Part shown: piece after piece, positions 50,529-60,492 of the stretch
How positions within the stretch are numbered: position 1 is the stretch's first letter
How the letters are laid out: the number at the start of each line of letters is the position of its first letter
DNA from: Alphaproteobacteria bacterium
GTDB lineage: Bacteria; Pseudomonadota; Alphaproteobacteria; SP197
Assembly (NCBI GenBank): GCA_965228895.1
Contig: OZ245842.1
Location: 4,960,001 to 5,024,000 of the forward strand
DNA length: 64,000 nucleotides
Reading direction: 5' to 3'
Program-made: the position numbers and the translations under genes
Notes under the pieces: model-generated
Database searches by the model: none
Seen by the model: only the letters and a program-made list of their open reading frames with translations
What the model was told of the DNA's origin: nothing

Positions 50529-51902
50529 CTACGCCGGCGTCACCGCATCGCAAGGATTGTCCTTGAGTACGGCAATCGCCAGGGGCTCGGTGACACCGTC
50601 AATGGGGCGCGCGGTAAGCTGCGCAAACGTCGCTGGTGACGCGCCCTGCTCGGCCGCGAGCGCGAGGGCGGCGGTCGAGGCGGTGGCGCGAACGCCTTCG
50701 GCCTTGCAGTGTTTCTCGAGCTTGGCGGCCAGATTTACCGCGTCGCCGATGACCGTGTACTCCAGGCGGCTGTCATCACCGACTGCGCCGAACACCACCT
50801 GGCCGGTCGCAAGACCCATGCCGTAGCCCAACGGCGCCAGACCTTCAGCGCGGCGGCGTTCGTTCCATGCCGCCATGCCGGAATCGATGCGCACGACGGC
50901 GGCCATCGCGTCGCGCGCGTAGGTTTCGCTGGGCGCCGCCGCGCCGAACGTCGCCATGACGCCGTCACCCAAAAACTTGTCGATCGAGCCGCCGTTCTCC
51001 TGCACCGCCGGCACGACGATCGCCTGATACTGCGACAGCATCGCCACTGTTTCCGACGGCCCGACGTCGCGCGACATCGGTGTGAAACCGCGGATGTCGA
51101 CAAACAGAATCGCGGCGTCGCGGACCACGCCTTCGCCCGGGTTGACCATGTCATCGGCGCGTACGATCTGCTCGGCGATCTCCGGCGCGAAGAACCGTGA
51201 GAGATCGGCCGCCGCCTGGCTTTCGGCGACCGAGCGAATGAGCTGGCGGCGCGCGCGGGTCAGCGCAATGAAGAGCACGCCGGTCACCAGCACGATCGAC
51301 AGAATCTTGTCGATCTCGCCGCCGATCAGAATGTCGCTGGATTGCAGGTAGTGGATGTAGTCCTGCGTGATCGGGCTGGTCGCCGGCGCCAGCATCACCG
51401 CGTAAACCAAAAGGGCGGCCCACCCGACCACCGCGGCAATGCCCGCCATGGCGACATAGCGGGGATCAAAACGCAGCGTGCGCAGCGCGATCAAGCCGAA
51501 CAGGTAGAGCATGGTCGGGCCTTTGAGGGAAAAGCCCGGCGGCTGCATGTACTGGATATGGAAACTCCAGATCGTGACCAGCAGCACGCTCACGTCGACC
51601 ACGATCGACATGACGATCATCCAAGACGGCAGGCGCCGGAGATGGGCCAGGACGAGCCGGATGACCGTAAACACCGTGTAGGCGCCGAGCGCCCAGGGCA
51701 CCGGCTCCAGCATGGCGTCGGCGGGAAAGGTCTTGCGCGTCAGGCTGTAGAGCACGGCAAAGAAGGCGATGCCGCAGATCTGCACCCAGCCGATCAGGAT
51801 CTCGCTGTCGGCCTGGTCGCGCGCGATCTGCGCCTGCACACGTTCCGGCAGGCGGCCTTCGACAGGCGCGCCGAACAAGAGCCTTGCCACGCGTTTCAGC
51901 AC
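50529..51902 (-). CDS. Membrane-bound class III adenylate cyclase
   Basis: ~6 TM N-terminus; ILFVDIRGFT, IDKFLGDG, EYTVIGDAVNLAAKLE. Confidence 0.92.
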   Translation of the reverse strand: MLKRVARLLFGAPVEGRLPERVQAQIARDQADSEILIGWVQICGIAFFAVLYSLTRKTFPADAMLEPVPWALGAYTVFTVIRLVLAHLRRLPSWMIVMSIVVDVSVLLVTIWSFHIQYMQPPGFSLKGPTMLYLFGLIALRTLRFDPRYVAMAGIAAVVGWAALLVYAVMLAPATSPITQDYIHYLQSSDILIGGEIDKILSIVLVTGVLFIALTRARRQLIRSVAESQAAADLSRFFAPEIAEQIVRADDMVNPGEGVVRDAAILFVDIRGFTPMSRDVGPSETVAMLSQYQAIVVPAVQENGGSIDKFLGDGVMATFGAAAPSETYARDAMAAVVRIDSGMAAWNERRRAEGLAPLGYGMGLATGQVVFGAVGDDSRLEYTVIGDAVNLAAKLEKHCKAEGVRATASTAALALAAEQGASPATFAQLTARPIDGVTEPLAIAVLKDNPCDAVTPA

Positions 51903-52001
51903 CCGATCCTCCAGATCCCCGCCATGGCCATTATACGCAGGCCAAAGGCTGACGCGCCGTCAAAGGCCCGTGTCGGGCGTGTGAGGCCCCAGAGGAGCGG
52001 T

Positions 52002-52853
52002 TCAGCGGCGCCTGAGCCACAGGCTGGTCTCGAACGCACCGTCGGGCAGCGGAAGCCGTGACACCACCGAACGGCTCAGCAAATCGGCCCGGCGCGTCAC
52101 CATGTAGCGGCTGGCGAAGAGCGGCTGCCATGCGCCGCTGGTCATCGGCCCGACCAGCGCCAGCTGCTCGCCATAGCCGCGCCATGCCCAGGCCGTCGGA
52201 TAGTCGTCCGGCAGGAAGATATCGTGAATGTGGACCAGCACGCCCTGGGGCAGTTCGGGCAGGACATGGTTGAAAAGAAAATCCACGTCGCTGCCCGGCA
52301 TCAGGATGTGACTTGAATCGATAAACAGAATGTCGCCCTCGCCCAAGCGACGAAACAACGCCTGGTCGGCGCGATGCACGGGCTCGCTGATCCATTCGAC
52401 GTCGAGGTCGCGGATTGCTGCCCGCGGCGCCGGATCGATCGCTGCCAACCGTGTGCTGAGGCCGCCATCGGCAATGGCACGGGCCATGAACCGGGTCGAG
52501 TGGCCGGACCCGACCTCCAGGATACGCGACGGCTCGGCTGCGCGGACCATGGCATAGGCGACCGCCGCGTCGAGGCGCGGAAACCAGTCCTGATGCCAGC
52601 GTGGGCCGGGTGCGGGATCGTCAGCGGCGATCGCTTCCAGCGCTTCAGCTTGGTCGTCGACCCGGTCGAGCGTCGCCTGAAAGATCGCTTCATGGGCAGC
52701 GAACAAACGCTCGACCGAGTCATAAGCCGAACGGTGACCCGGACCCGGCAACTGGTCGGCGTAGCGGTAGGGCACGAAATAGCCGCGCGGCTTCAGCCCA
52801 AGAACCGTCGACAAGGCAAACCACAAACGCCGCCAGCGTGCCCGCAAGCTCAC
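52002..52853 (-). CDS. Class I SAM-dependent methyltransferase (Methyltransf_24-like)
   Basis: ILEVGSGHST, IDPAP, LFIDSSH, VHIHDIFLP. Confidence 0.85.
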   Translation of the reverse strand: MSLRARWRRLWFALSTVLGLKPRGYFVPYRYADQLPGPGHRSAYDSVERLFAAHEAIFQATLDRVDDQAEALEAIAADDPAPGPRWHQDWFPRLDAAVAYAMVRAAEPSRILEVGSGHSTRFMARAIADGGLSTRLAAIDPAPRAAIRDLDVEWISEPVHRADQALFRRLGEGDILFIDSSHILMPGSDVDFLFNHVLPELPQGVLVHIHDIFLPDDYPTAWAWRGYGEQLALVGPMTSGAWQPLFASRYMVTRRADLLSRSVVSRLPLPDGAFETSLWLRRR

Positions 52854-53683
52854 GGCCGCAGCACCAGACCTTCGCGCGCCACGATAGAGCCGGGCCGGGC
52901 GGCTTCGGCGTCGCCGGCTACAGCGTCCATGAAGTCATCGTCATGGCTGGGATCGTGATGAAAGATGACATAGGTCTTAACGCCTGCTTGTTCGCACAAC
53001 CGGACACCTTCCTGCCATGTCGAGTGGCCCCATGTGATGAAACGCGGAAACTCGTCGTCCGTGTAGGTCGCGTCATAGATGACAATATCCGCGCCGTCGA
53101 TCAGGCCGAGCACGTTGGCGTCGGGATGATCGGGCACATGCTCGGTATCGGTGACATAACAGATCGATCGTCCGTCATAGGTGACGCGATAGCCCGTGGC
53201 GCCGTTGGGATGATTGAGCGGCGCCGTTGCAACCGTGATGCCATCGCCCAGATCCAGCGCGTCACCCTGTGCGAAGGGGCGCCAGTCAATGGACGCAAGG
53301 ACGTTGCCCTGATGCACGGGCGTTGCCTTGTCTTCAAGGAAACGGCCCATGACCGATTCAAGCGTGTGGGGCGGCTTCAGGTGGCCGGACCAAGCCCTAA
53401 GCTGCGTGGTCGATTGCGCGAGGGCGCGAAAATAGGGCCAGCCGCAGACGTGATCGAGATGGGTGTGGGTCATCAACAGGTCGGCATGAAGCGGAACGCC
53501 GGCATCAAGCGATTCATCGAGCAGGCGAAGGCCGGTCCCGGCGTCCAAAATCAGCAACCGGTCGCCACAACGCACTTCCAGGCAGCTGGTGTTGCCGCCA
53601 TAACGCACCGTGGCCGGTCCCGGACTGGCTATGCTGCCCCTGACACCCCAGAAACGGACGTAAAACTCGCCGTAACCACTCAA
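52850..53683 (-). CDS. MBL-fold metallo-hydrolase (RNase Z/phosphodiesterase-like)
   Basis: FWGVRGS, YGGNTSC, DAGTG, THTHLDH, HPNG, TDTE, WGHS, FHHDP. Confidence 0.9.
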   Translation of the reverse strand: MSGYGEFYVRFWGVRGSIASPGPATVRYGGNTSCLEVRCGDRLLILDAGTGLRLLDESLDAGVPLHADLLMTHTHLDHVCGWPYFRALAQSTTQLRAWSGHLKPPHTLESVMGRFLEDKATPVHQGNVLASIDWRPFAQGDALDLGDGITVATAPLNHPNGATGYRVTYDGRSICYVTDTEHVPDHPDANVLGLIDGADIVIYDATYTDDEFPRFITWGHSTWQEGVRLCEQAGVKTYVIFHHDPSHDDDFMDAVAGDAEAARPGSIVAREGLVLRP

Positions 53684-53786
53684 AAGACGTTAGCCTCACA
53701 TTCTGCCGCCGGCGATACGCCCGGTCGGTCCAACGCTCATAGGCGAAACATCGCCATCTGTCGATTCACGTACGAGGAGTGCCGGT

Positions 53787-54353
53787 TTGAACGACTTGAA
53801 GACCCCGGACGCCGCCAAGGCGCGGCTTCTCGATCTGATCCGTGAGCACGCGCTGCTCAAAGACGGCGATTTTGTCCTGGCATCGGGCGCCCATGCGTCG
53901 ACCTATGTCGATCTGCGCCGGGTCACCATGCATCCCGACGGCGCCACGCTGATCGGTCACATGCTGGCGCCGCGCCTGGCCAAGGCCGGCATCACGGCGG
54001 TCGGCGGCATGGCGACGGCGGCGATCCCCGTGGTCAGCGCCGTCGTCATGGCAAGCGCCGGGACCGACCATCCGATCCGCGGTTTTTACGTCCGCGACAA
54101 GGCCAAGACCCGGGGCACCCAACGCCAGATTGAAGGTCAGCTTGAGGCCGGCGACACCGTGGCGCTGCTGGAAGACACCATGACCACCGGCGGCTCGACC
54201 ATGACGGCGGTCGAGGCGGTGCGCGAAGCCGGGTCGTCGGTCGCCCAGGTCATCACCGTGGTCGATCGTCAGCAAGGCGGTGCCAACCTCTACCGCGACG
54301 CCGGCATCCCGTTCGACGCCCTGGTCACCCTTGACGACATCAACAACGGCTGA
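53787..54353 (+). CDS. pyrE: Orotate phosphoribosyltransferase
   Basis: GDFVLASG..S.YVD, VRDKAK.RG...IEG, LEDTMTTGGS PRPP motif, VVDR. Confidence 0.92.
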   Translation: MNDLKTPDAAKARLLDLIREHALLKDGDFVLASGAHASTYVDLRRVTMHPDGATLIGHMLAPRLAKAGITAVGGMATAAIPVVSAVVMASAGTDHPIRGFYVRDKAKTRGTQRQIEGQLEAGDTVALLEDTMTTGGSTMTAVEAVREAGSSVAQVITVVDRQQGGANLYRDAGIPFDALVTLDDINNG

Positions 54354-55551
54354 TCACGCAAAAACCGATTGGACCGGGGTCGCGTTGGGTCTGGCGCTGG
54401 CCGTCCTGGCGGCGTTCCAGATGCTGAAACTGGCGCCTGCCCTGCCGCTGATGATTACAGCCTACGACTATTCCTACATCTTGGCCGGCGCCATGGTGTC
54501 GATCTTTGCGGCGGTCGGCCTTGTTCTGACGCCGCCGCTCGGCGGGCTCATGGAACGCTGGCCGGGCCTTGTCCTGGGCAGCGGTTTCGCTGCGTTGGCG
54601 GTGGGCAACGTGGTGGTGCTCGCCTGGGCCGACCTGAACGGTGTTGCACTGGCCGGGCGTGGTCTTGAAGGCGTTGGCTACGCGATATTCGCGCTGGCCG
54701 GCACGGTGATCGTCAACCGCAGTGCCGGTCCGCAGCACTTGTCGATCGTCGCCGGCATGATCGGCTCCTGGGTGCCGATCGGCCAGATCGTGGCCCTGGC
54801 CATCGCCTGGCCGTTCCTTGATGCTGGCCTGTGGCGCCCTATCTGGTGGGCGTCCCTGGTTCTGACCGGTTTGGTTGCCCTGTGGCTCTGGGCCCGCCGG
54901 CGCGCCACCCTGCCCCTGATCGCCGTTGCGCGCAGCAGCCCAGCTCAGACGCGACCGAGCGGCCACGAATGGCGCATTCTGCTGCTGGCAGCCGGTGTCT
55001 TTGGTCTGTGGAGTGGCCAGTACCTCGCCTTTATGACCTGGTTGCCCAAGAACCTGGTCAGCGGGCACGGTCTGGGCGCCGACACTGCGGCCCTGATCAA
55101 TCTGGTGCCGGTCGTGGGCGTTCTGTTGATGTGCCTGGCCACCGGTTTCCTGCTGCGCGCCGGCCTTTCCTTCACTGGTCTGTTTTTCGGCGCGACGGCG
55201 ATCCAGGCGCCGATCTGGTTATTCGCCGACAGCCTGGGCCATGGCATTGGCCTGGCCGCGATCGCGGCTTATGGCTTGGCCTGCGGTGTCAGCCCGGTCT
55301 GCCTGTTTGCGGTGCCGGCACGACTTCTGGGCGGCGACAGGGTGAACCCAGGCGCTTTCGCGCCGATCATGTCGGGACGTAATCTGGGCATCCTGGCGGC
55401 GCCGGTGATGCTGGGCGCGCTGATTAGCGGCGACGACGATTGGACGATCGTCTGGCCCGTCTTCGCGGCCATTACCGCGGCGGCCGCGCTGGGCGCGCTG
55501 CTCATAGGCCTGACGCTCGCCAGGACTGCGACCGGAGGCCCCAAACACTAG
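54331..55551 (+). CDS. MFS transporter (CynX-like)
   Basis: ~12 TM, KLAPALP, GRGLEGVG, MTWLP; start uncertain (TTG 54331 overlaps pyrE); TAG stop lies in the repeat end. Confidence 0.8.
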   Translation: MTTSTTADHAKTDWTGVALGLALAVLAAFQMLKLAPALPLMITAYDYSYILAGAMVSIFAAVGLVLTPPLGGLMERWPGLVLGSGFAALAVGNVVVLAWADLNGVALAGRGLEGVGYAIFALAGTVIVNRSAGPQHLSIVAGMIGSWVPIGQIVALAIAWPFLDAGLWRPIWWASLVLTGLVALWLWARRRATLPLIAVARSSPAQTRPSGHEWRILLLAAGVFGLWSGQYLAFMTWLPKNLVSGHGLGADTAALINLVPVVGVLLMCLATGFLLRAGLSFTGLFFGATAIQAPIWLFADSLGHGIGLAAIAAYGLACGVSPVCLFAVPARLLGGDRVNPGAFAPIMSGRNLGILAAPVMLGALISGDDDWTIVWPVFAAITAAAALGALLIGLTLARTATGGPKH

Positions 55552-55687
55552 AGCGGATCATGGTTAGATGGAACCGCTTGACGGTCCCAACTAACCATGT
55601 GAATCCGCTCTTTATCGATGAGTAGAGCAGATTCACCCGTCTTGATGTCATCGCGAAGCGATTCCATCAAAACAGGATCTGCTCTAG
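55548..55687. mobile_element. 140-bp GANTC-rich MITE-like repeat, copy 2 (inverted)
   Basis: Termini CTAGAGCGGATC...GATCTGCTCTAG; reverse complement resembles 20919-21058. Confidence 0.85.
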
Positions 55688-56373
55688 GGATTGAGTCGGT
55701 AACCGCCGGGTTCGGTGATCAAGAGACGAGCCTGGGAGGGATCCTCCTCGATCTTCTGGCGCAGGCGGTAGATATGTGTCTCCAGCGTATGGGTCGCGAC
55801 CCCGGCGTTATAGCCCCAGACCTTGTCGAGCAGCTCTTCGCGACCGACCGCCTTGGCACCGGAGCGGTAGAGGAACTTCAAAATCGCCGCTTCCTTTTCG
55901 GTCAGGCGGATCTTCTGGTTCTTCTCGTCATGAACCAGGAGCTTGGCCGCGGGCCGGAAGGTATAGGGGCCGATCGTGAAGACCGCGTCTTCGCTTTGTT
56001 CATGCTGCCTCAATTGGGCGCGCACCCGCGCCATCAAGACACCCAGCTTGAACGGCTTGGTGACATAGTCGTTGGCGCCGGATTCAAGGCCCAGAATGGT
56101 GTCGGCCTCGCCGTCGGCGGCGGTCAGCATGATGATCGGCATCTTGTGACCGGACCGGCGCATCAGGCGGCACAGCTCGCGGCCGTCCATGTCGGGCAGA
56201 CCGACATCCAACAGCAAAAGGTCGAAGCGATCGTCCTTAACGATATCCATCGCCTCTGAACCGCTGCCGACCTCCTCGACGTCGAATTCTTCGTGCAAAT
56301 GGAGCTGCTCGGCCAGCGAATGGCGCAGCGCCTCGTCGTCGTCGACGATCAGAATGGATCGGCCAGTGGACAT
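55684..56373 (-). CDS. cenR: OmpR-family response regulator, CenR/OtpR-like
   Basis: LAEQL.LHEEF, HEQSEDAVF.IGPY.FRPAAK, IRLTEKE..ILK.LYR, VWGYNAGV.THTLETHIYRLRQKIE match CenR as I recall it; near ldt and yggS. Confidence 0.82.
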   Translation of the reverse strand: MSTGRSILIVDDDEALRHSLAEQLHLHEEFDVEEVGSGSEAMDIVKDDRFDLLLLDVGLPDMDGRELCRLMRRSGHKMPIIMLTAADGEADTILGLESGANDYVTKPFKLGVLMARVRAQLRQHEQSEDAVFTIGPYTFRPAAKLLVHDEKNQKIRLTEKEAAILKFLYRSGAKAVGREELLDKVWGYNAGVATHTLETHIYRLRQKIEEDPSQARLLITEPGGYRLNP

Positions 56374-56439
56374 CGGCGAATTCCCCTTTGGGCATGAACA
56401 ACCAGCGATCGAAGCCTCAGGGCTCCGTCAGGTGCTGCT

Positions 56440-57345
56440 CTATATAGTGTCGTTTTCGCGCGGTGCATCAGCCTGGATCATTTGAACGAGATGGCGGGAA
56501 AGCGGGCTTTTAGGCTCCGCAAGCTCCTCGATAATAGAAAAGTGATGATGGCCGGGCATGGTTTGCGCCGTGACCGGTACGCCTGCGCTGTCAAGTGCGT
56601 CCGCATACCGCGCGAGATTGCGATGAAACTCGTCGGTTTCGTCCACACCGACCGCAAGGTGGACGGGAATATACGGTTTCGGGGTAAACGGCGCGAGCCG
56701 GACCGGGCTGTTTCGCGCTGCCGCTTGGGCATCCAGCTGCAAATCGACGTTCAAGAAGGTCGATCGCAGGACATCCAGATCAAACAGGCCGCTGATGGCC
56801 GTCATGCTGCGCACAAATCCCGAATGAACCCGGTTTTCCGTGAAACCCGACCAATCAGTCGCCAGGATCATCGCGGCCAAATGACCACCGGCGGAATGGC
56901 CGCTGATGTGCAACCGGTTGCCGTCACCGTTCCAGGTGGCCGCATGATCGTGCAGCCAAACGGCGGCATCGCGGCATTGGCGCACGATGACGTCCATCTC
57001 AACCGAAGGTGCCAGATCGTAGTTGATGACCGCCACGGTCGCGTCGGCCGGCGCCAGGCCCATGGCGACAAAGCTGAACTTGGCCTTGTCGAGCGAGCGC
57101 CAATAGCCGCCATGGATGAACATATGCACCGGCGCACCGGGTGCGGATGCCGGAAAGATATCGAGTTTCTGGCCGGGATCAGGGCCATAGGCGACGTCGT
57201 AGTTGCCGCGAAAACCGTTACGCGTCTGCTCGCTTAGCACGTCGTAACGGTCAAAATACGCCTGATGGTCGGAGACCCTGCCACGCAGATCGTATTGCAG
57301 ATTCAGTTCCTCGCGGCTGTAGCCGTGAAACGTGTCCGATGGCAT
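56440..57345 (-). CDS. Alpha/beta hydrolase (kynurenine formamidase/arylformamidase-like)
   Basis: FIHGGYW, YDLAP, GHSAGGHL, ISGLFDL, HHFS. Confidence 0.87.
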   Translation of the reverse strand: MPSDTFHGYSREELNLQYDLRGRVSDHQAYFDRYDVLSEQTRNGFRGNYDVAYGPDPGQKLDIFPASAPGAPVHMFIHGGYWRSLDKAKFSFVAMGLAPADATVAVINYDLAPSVEMDVIVRQCRDAAVWLHDHAATWNGDGNRLHISGHSAGGHLAAMILATDWSGFTENRVHSGFVRSMTAISGLFDLDVLRSTFLNVDLQLDAQAAARNSPVRLAPFTPKPYIPVHLAVGVDETDEFHRNLARYADALDSAGVPVTAQTMPGHHHFSIIEELAEPKSPLSRHLVQMIQADAPRENDTI

Positions 57346-57587
57346 GGGCGCCTGCTGTTCCAGGTTTCGTAAGAGACGAGGTTAAGGTCGCCATACCCAG
57401 GGCTGCAAGGGGGCCCGTTGGAGCCGGTAACCAACGCGGGGGTCACAGTCGCCTCACGGATATGTGATGGCGTAGGCCGACTGGCGGTTCCGCCATCAAC
57501 GCCTTGGACGGCAACAGACCTAGCTTACATACTGTGGCGCCGCCGCGCCATTCTGCCGGCCCCTCGCCATGGAGTACCGCGCCCACC

Positions 57588-59975
57588 ATGACCGCAAAAT
57601 CCCTGCGCGCCGAACAGATCGGCAAACCATCGTTCGCCGGCCGTTTCGAGCTGCCCGACGCCAAAGACGACGACATCCGCCTGTTCGACCTGCCGAGCCA
57701 CAAGCGCGCCCGCGAGGCCTTGGACTTCGCGCTGCCGATCAGGGACATCGGCTACAACATCTTTGTGCTGGGCGAAGACCGCACCGGTCGCATGGACGCG
57801 ACCATGACCTATGTGAAGGACTTCATCGACGGTCAGAAACCGTCAGACGACTGGGTCTATCTCAACAACTTTCGGCGCCCCCACAAACCGCGTCCGATCC
57901 GCCTGCCCGCCGGCAAGGGACGCCGGTTCCGCGACGACATGAAGGAATTGGTGCCGGCCATCACGGAGGCGCTGCGCAAGGCCTTTACCGGCGACGCCTA
58001 CGCCGACGAGGTGCGCACCGAGCAGGAGCGTACCAAAAAACAGTTGGACGCGGCCTATAGCGGACTGCGCGAACAGGCGCGGGCCGAAGGACTGGACGTT
58101 TGGTCCAGCCAACAGGGATTGTCCCTTGTCGTCTTGGGCGACGACGGCAAACCGCGCAGCCAGGAAGAACTGATGGCGCTGCCCGACGATGAGCGCAAAC
58201 GTCTGGAGGAAGCCATCGACCGTTTGAATCCGGCGATGGTGGACATGCGCGCGACGGCGCGCCGCGCGGAGGTCGAGCTGGCCCGCAACATCCGCGACAT
58301 CAACCGCCGCATCGCCGATGAGACGACGGGCACGCTGCTGACGGATCTGGAGGAGGAGTATGCCGCCCACCCCGGTCTGCGACGCTGGCTCGTCGAGCTG
58401 AGGAACGACATTCTGGACAACCTGCACCTGTTTCAGGTGCAAGAGCCACCGGAAGGCCAGGCGCAACAGGATCCGATGACGCGCTATGCGGTCAACCTGC
58501 TGGTCGACAACGGCGACACCAAACACCCGAATGTCGTGCTGGAGGCGAACCCGACCTATCAGAACATCTTCGGCTCGATCGAGTACCGGCCGGTCAGCGG
58601 TACGCTTCAGACAGATTTCACAATGATCCGCGGCGGCGCCCTGCACCGGGCCAATGGCGGAATTCTTGTGCTGCGCGCCGAGGCGATCGCGGCCGAACCG
58701 GCGGCGTGGCATTTCTTGAAGGGCGCGCTGCGCGACAACGAGATCCGTATCGAGGAGCTCTATCGTTTCGGCGGTGTGCCCATGACCGGCACTCCCCAAC
58801 CCAAAGCAATTCCGTTGGACGTCAAGGTCGTGCTGATCGGCGCGCCAATCTGGTACCAGCGTTTTTTGAACCTTGATTCGGACTTCCGCACGTTTTTCAA
58901 GATCAAGGCCGAGATCGACGGCGAGGTCGAAGCCGAAGGCGACGACGCCAACATCCAGACCTTCGCGCGCCTGATTCAAAGAGCAGCCGGCAGAGCCGGG
59001 CGGGTTTGCGACGCCGGCGCGATCGACAACCTGATGGGTCACGCCGCGCGCTGGGCATCGGACCGCGACAAACTCTCCGCGCGTTTCGAGCTGGTCGAGG
59101 ACGTTCTGACCGAAGCCTGCCTGTTGTGCGGCAAAGATGAACCGCTGACGGCGGAGCAGGTCGAAAAGGCGCTGAACGACAGGCTCAGACGCAACAGCCG
59201 ACCGGAAGACCGCAGCCAGGAGCAGATCGAAAAAGGCACGGTCATGATCGATACCGACGGCGCGGCGCCGGGTCAGGTCAACGGCTTGGTCTATCTGAAC
59301 GTTGGCGATCATACCTTCGGTCTGCCGTCGCGCATTACCGCGCGTGCCTCGGTTGGCTCCTACGGCGTCGTCAACATCGAACGCATGGTCAACATGGGCG
59401 GGCCGATCCAGCAGAAAGGCGCGTTAATCGTCGAGGGTTTCTTGTCGGGTCTGTTCGCTCAGCGTTTCCCGCTCTCGTTCTCCTGCTCCATCACGTTCGA
59501 ACAATCCTATGGCGGCGTCGAGGGCGACAGCGCGTCGCTTGCCGAGGTCTGTGCGATTCTCTCGGCGCTGTCGGGACTGCCGCTACGCCAGGACATCGCC
59601 ATGACCGGGTCGGTCAACCAGGCCGGCGATGTCCAGGCAATCGGCGGCGCCATCGAAAAGATTGAGGGTTTCTACCGGGTCTGTTCAGAGCGCGGTTTGA
59701 CCGGCAACCAGGGCGCGCTGGTGCCTGCAGCCAACGAGCGCCACTTGATCTTGAAGCCGGAGATCGTCGAAGCGGTTTCCGATGGCCGGTTCCACGTCTG
59801 GAGCGCGACGCGGGTGAGCGACGCCATCGAACTGTTGACCGGCCGGCCGGCCGGCGAACCGGACGCCGACGGCAACTACCCGCCCGACAGCGTCTTCGGT
59901 CTTGCCATGGCGCAGCTGGAAGCGTTCGACCAGGCGCTGACCGAGCGCGGCGCCATTCGTCTGGGTGGTCTTTGA
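57588..59975 (+). CDS. Lon-like protease (LonC type)
   Basis: GALHRANGG, GQVNGL, FEQSYGGVEGDSAS (Ser), TGSVNQ, IGG..EKIEGF (Lys). Confidence 0.9.
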   Translation: MTAKSLRAEQIGKPSFAGRFELPDAKDDDIRLFDLPSHKRAREALDFALPIRDIGYNIFVLGEDRTGRMDATMTYVKDFIDGQKPSDDWVYLNNFRRPHKPRPIRLPAGKGRRFRDDMKELVPAITEALRKAFTGDAYADEVRTEQERTKKQLDAAYSGLREQARAEGLDVWSSQQGLSLVVLGDDGKPRSQEELMALPDDERKRLEEAIDRLNPAMVDMRATARRAEVELARNIRDINRRIADETTGTLLTDLEEEYAAHPGLRRWLVELRNDILDNLHLFQVQEPPEGQAQQDPMTRYAVNLLVDNGDTKHPNVVLEANPTYQNIFGSIEYRPVSGTLQTDFTMIRGGALHRANGGILVLRAEAIAAEPAAWHFLKGALRDNEIRIEELYRFGGVPMTGTPQPKAIPLDVKVVLIGAPIWYQRFLNLDSDFRTFFKIKAEIDGEVEAEGDDANIQTFARLIQRAAGRAGRVCDAGAIDNLMGHAARWASDRDKLSARFELVEDVLTEACLLCGKDEPLTAEQVEKALNDRLRRNSRPEDRSQEQIEKGTVMIDTDGAAPGQVNGLVYLNVGDHTFGLPSRITARASVGSYGVVNIERMVNMGGPIQQKGALIVEGFLSGLFAQRFPLSFSCSITFEQSYGGVEGDSASLAEVCAILSALSGLPLRQDIAMTGSVNQAGDVQAIGGAIEKIEGFYRVCSERGLTGNQGALVPAANERHLILKPEIVEAVSDGRFHVWSATRVSDAIELLTGRPAGEPDADGNYPPDSVFGLAMAQLEAFDQALTERGAIRLGGL

Positions 59976-60484
59976 TGGCAGGCGCCGACCTGGTCGTCTC
60001 GCCGGACGGCCACGCCAAGCTCGGTCGGCGCCGTTTTCGCTGCGCCGTGGGCCGCGGTGGCGTCAGGGGTTTCAAGCTGGAAGGTGACGGCGCGACGCCG
60101 GCGGGTGTCTTCCCGCTACGCCGCCTGTTCTACCGCCCCGACCGCATCCGCGATCCGGAAACCGGCCTGCCGTGCGTGACCCTGACGCCGGCCGACGGCT
60201 GGTGCGATGACCCCGCCGATCCCAACTACAACCGTCCGGTCAAGCGACCGTTCTGGAAAGGCCACGAGGTCATGTGGCGCGGCGACCACCTTTACGACCT
60301 CGTCGTCGACGTCGGCTACAACGACGACCCGCCGGTGCCCGGCCGCGGCAGCGCGATCTTTCTGCATCTCGCGCGTCCCGACTACAGCCCGACGGAGGGC
60401 TGCGTCGCCTTTTCGCGCGATGACTTTCTTTGGATTCTCTCACGGCTGACGCCGCAGTCACGCCTGGTTGTCGAACCCAAGTGA
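59972..60484 (+). CDS. L,D-transpeptidase family protein
   Basis: EGDGATP.G, WCDDP, GSAIFLH...PTEGCVA. Confidence 0.88.
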   Translation: MMAGADLVVSPDGHAKLGRRRFRCAVGRGGVRGFKLEGDGATPAGVFPLRRLFYRPDRIRDPETGLPCVTLTPADGWCDDPADPNYNRPVKRPFWKGHEVMWRGDHLYDLVVDVGYNDDPPVPGRGSAIFLHLARPDYSPTEGCVAFSRDDFLWILSRLTPQSRLVVEPK

Positions 60485-60492
60485 GCTGACGG

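Noticed and set aside
55618-56259. 213-aa plus-strand ORF
   Set aside because: Antisense to cenR and starts inside the 140-bp repeat
57400-57495. Cluster of hairpins in the hydrolase/Lon divergent region as a riboswitch or ncRNA
   Set aside because: Stems are imperfect and plausible by chance at this GC content; no riboswitch, SRP or 6S motif recognised; an Rfam scan would settle it
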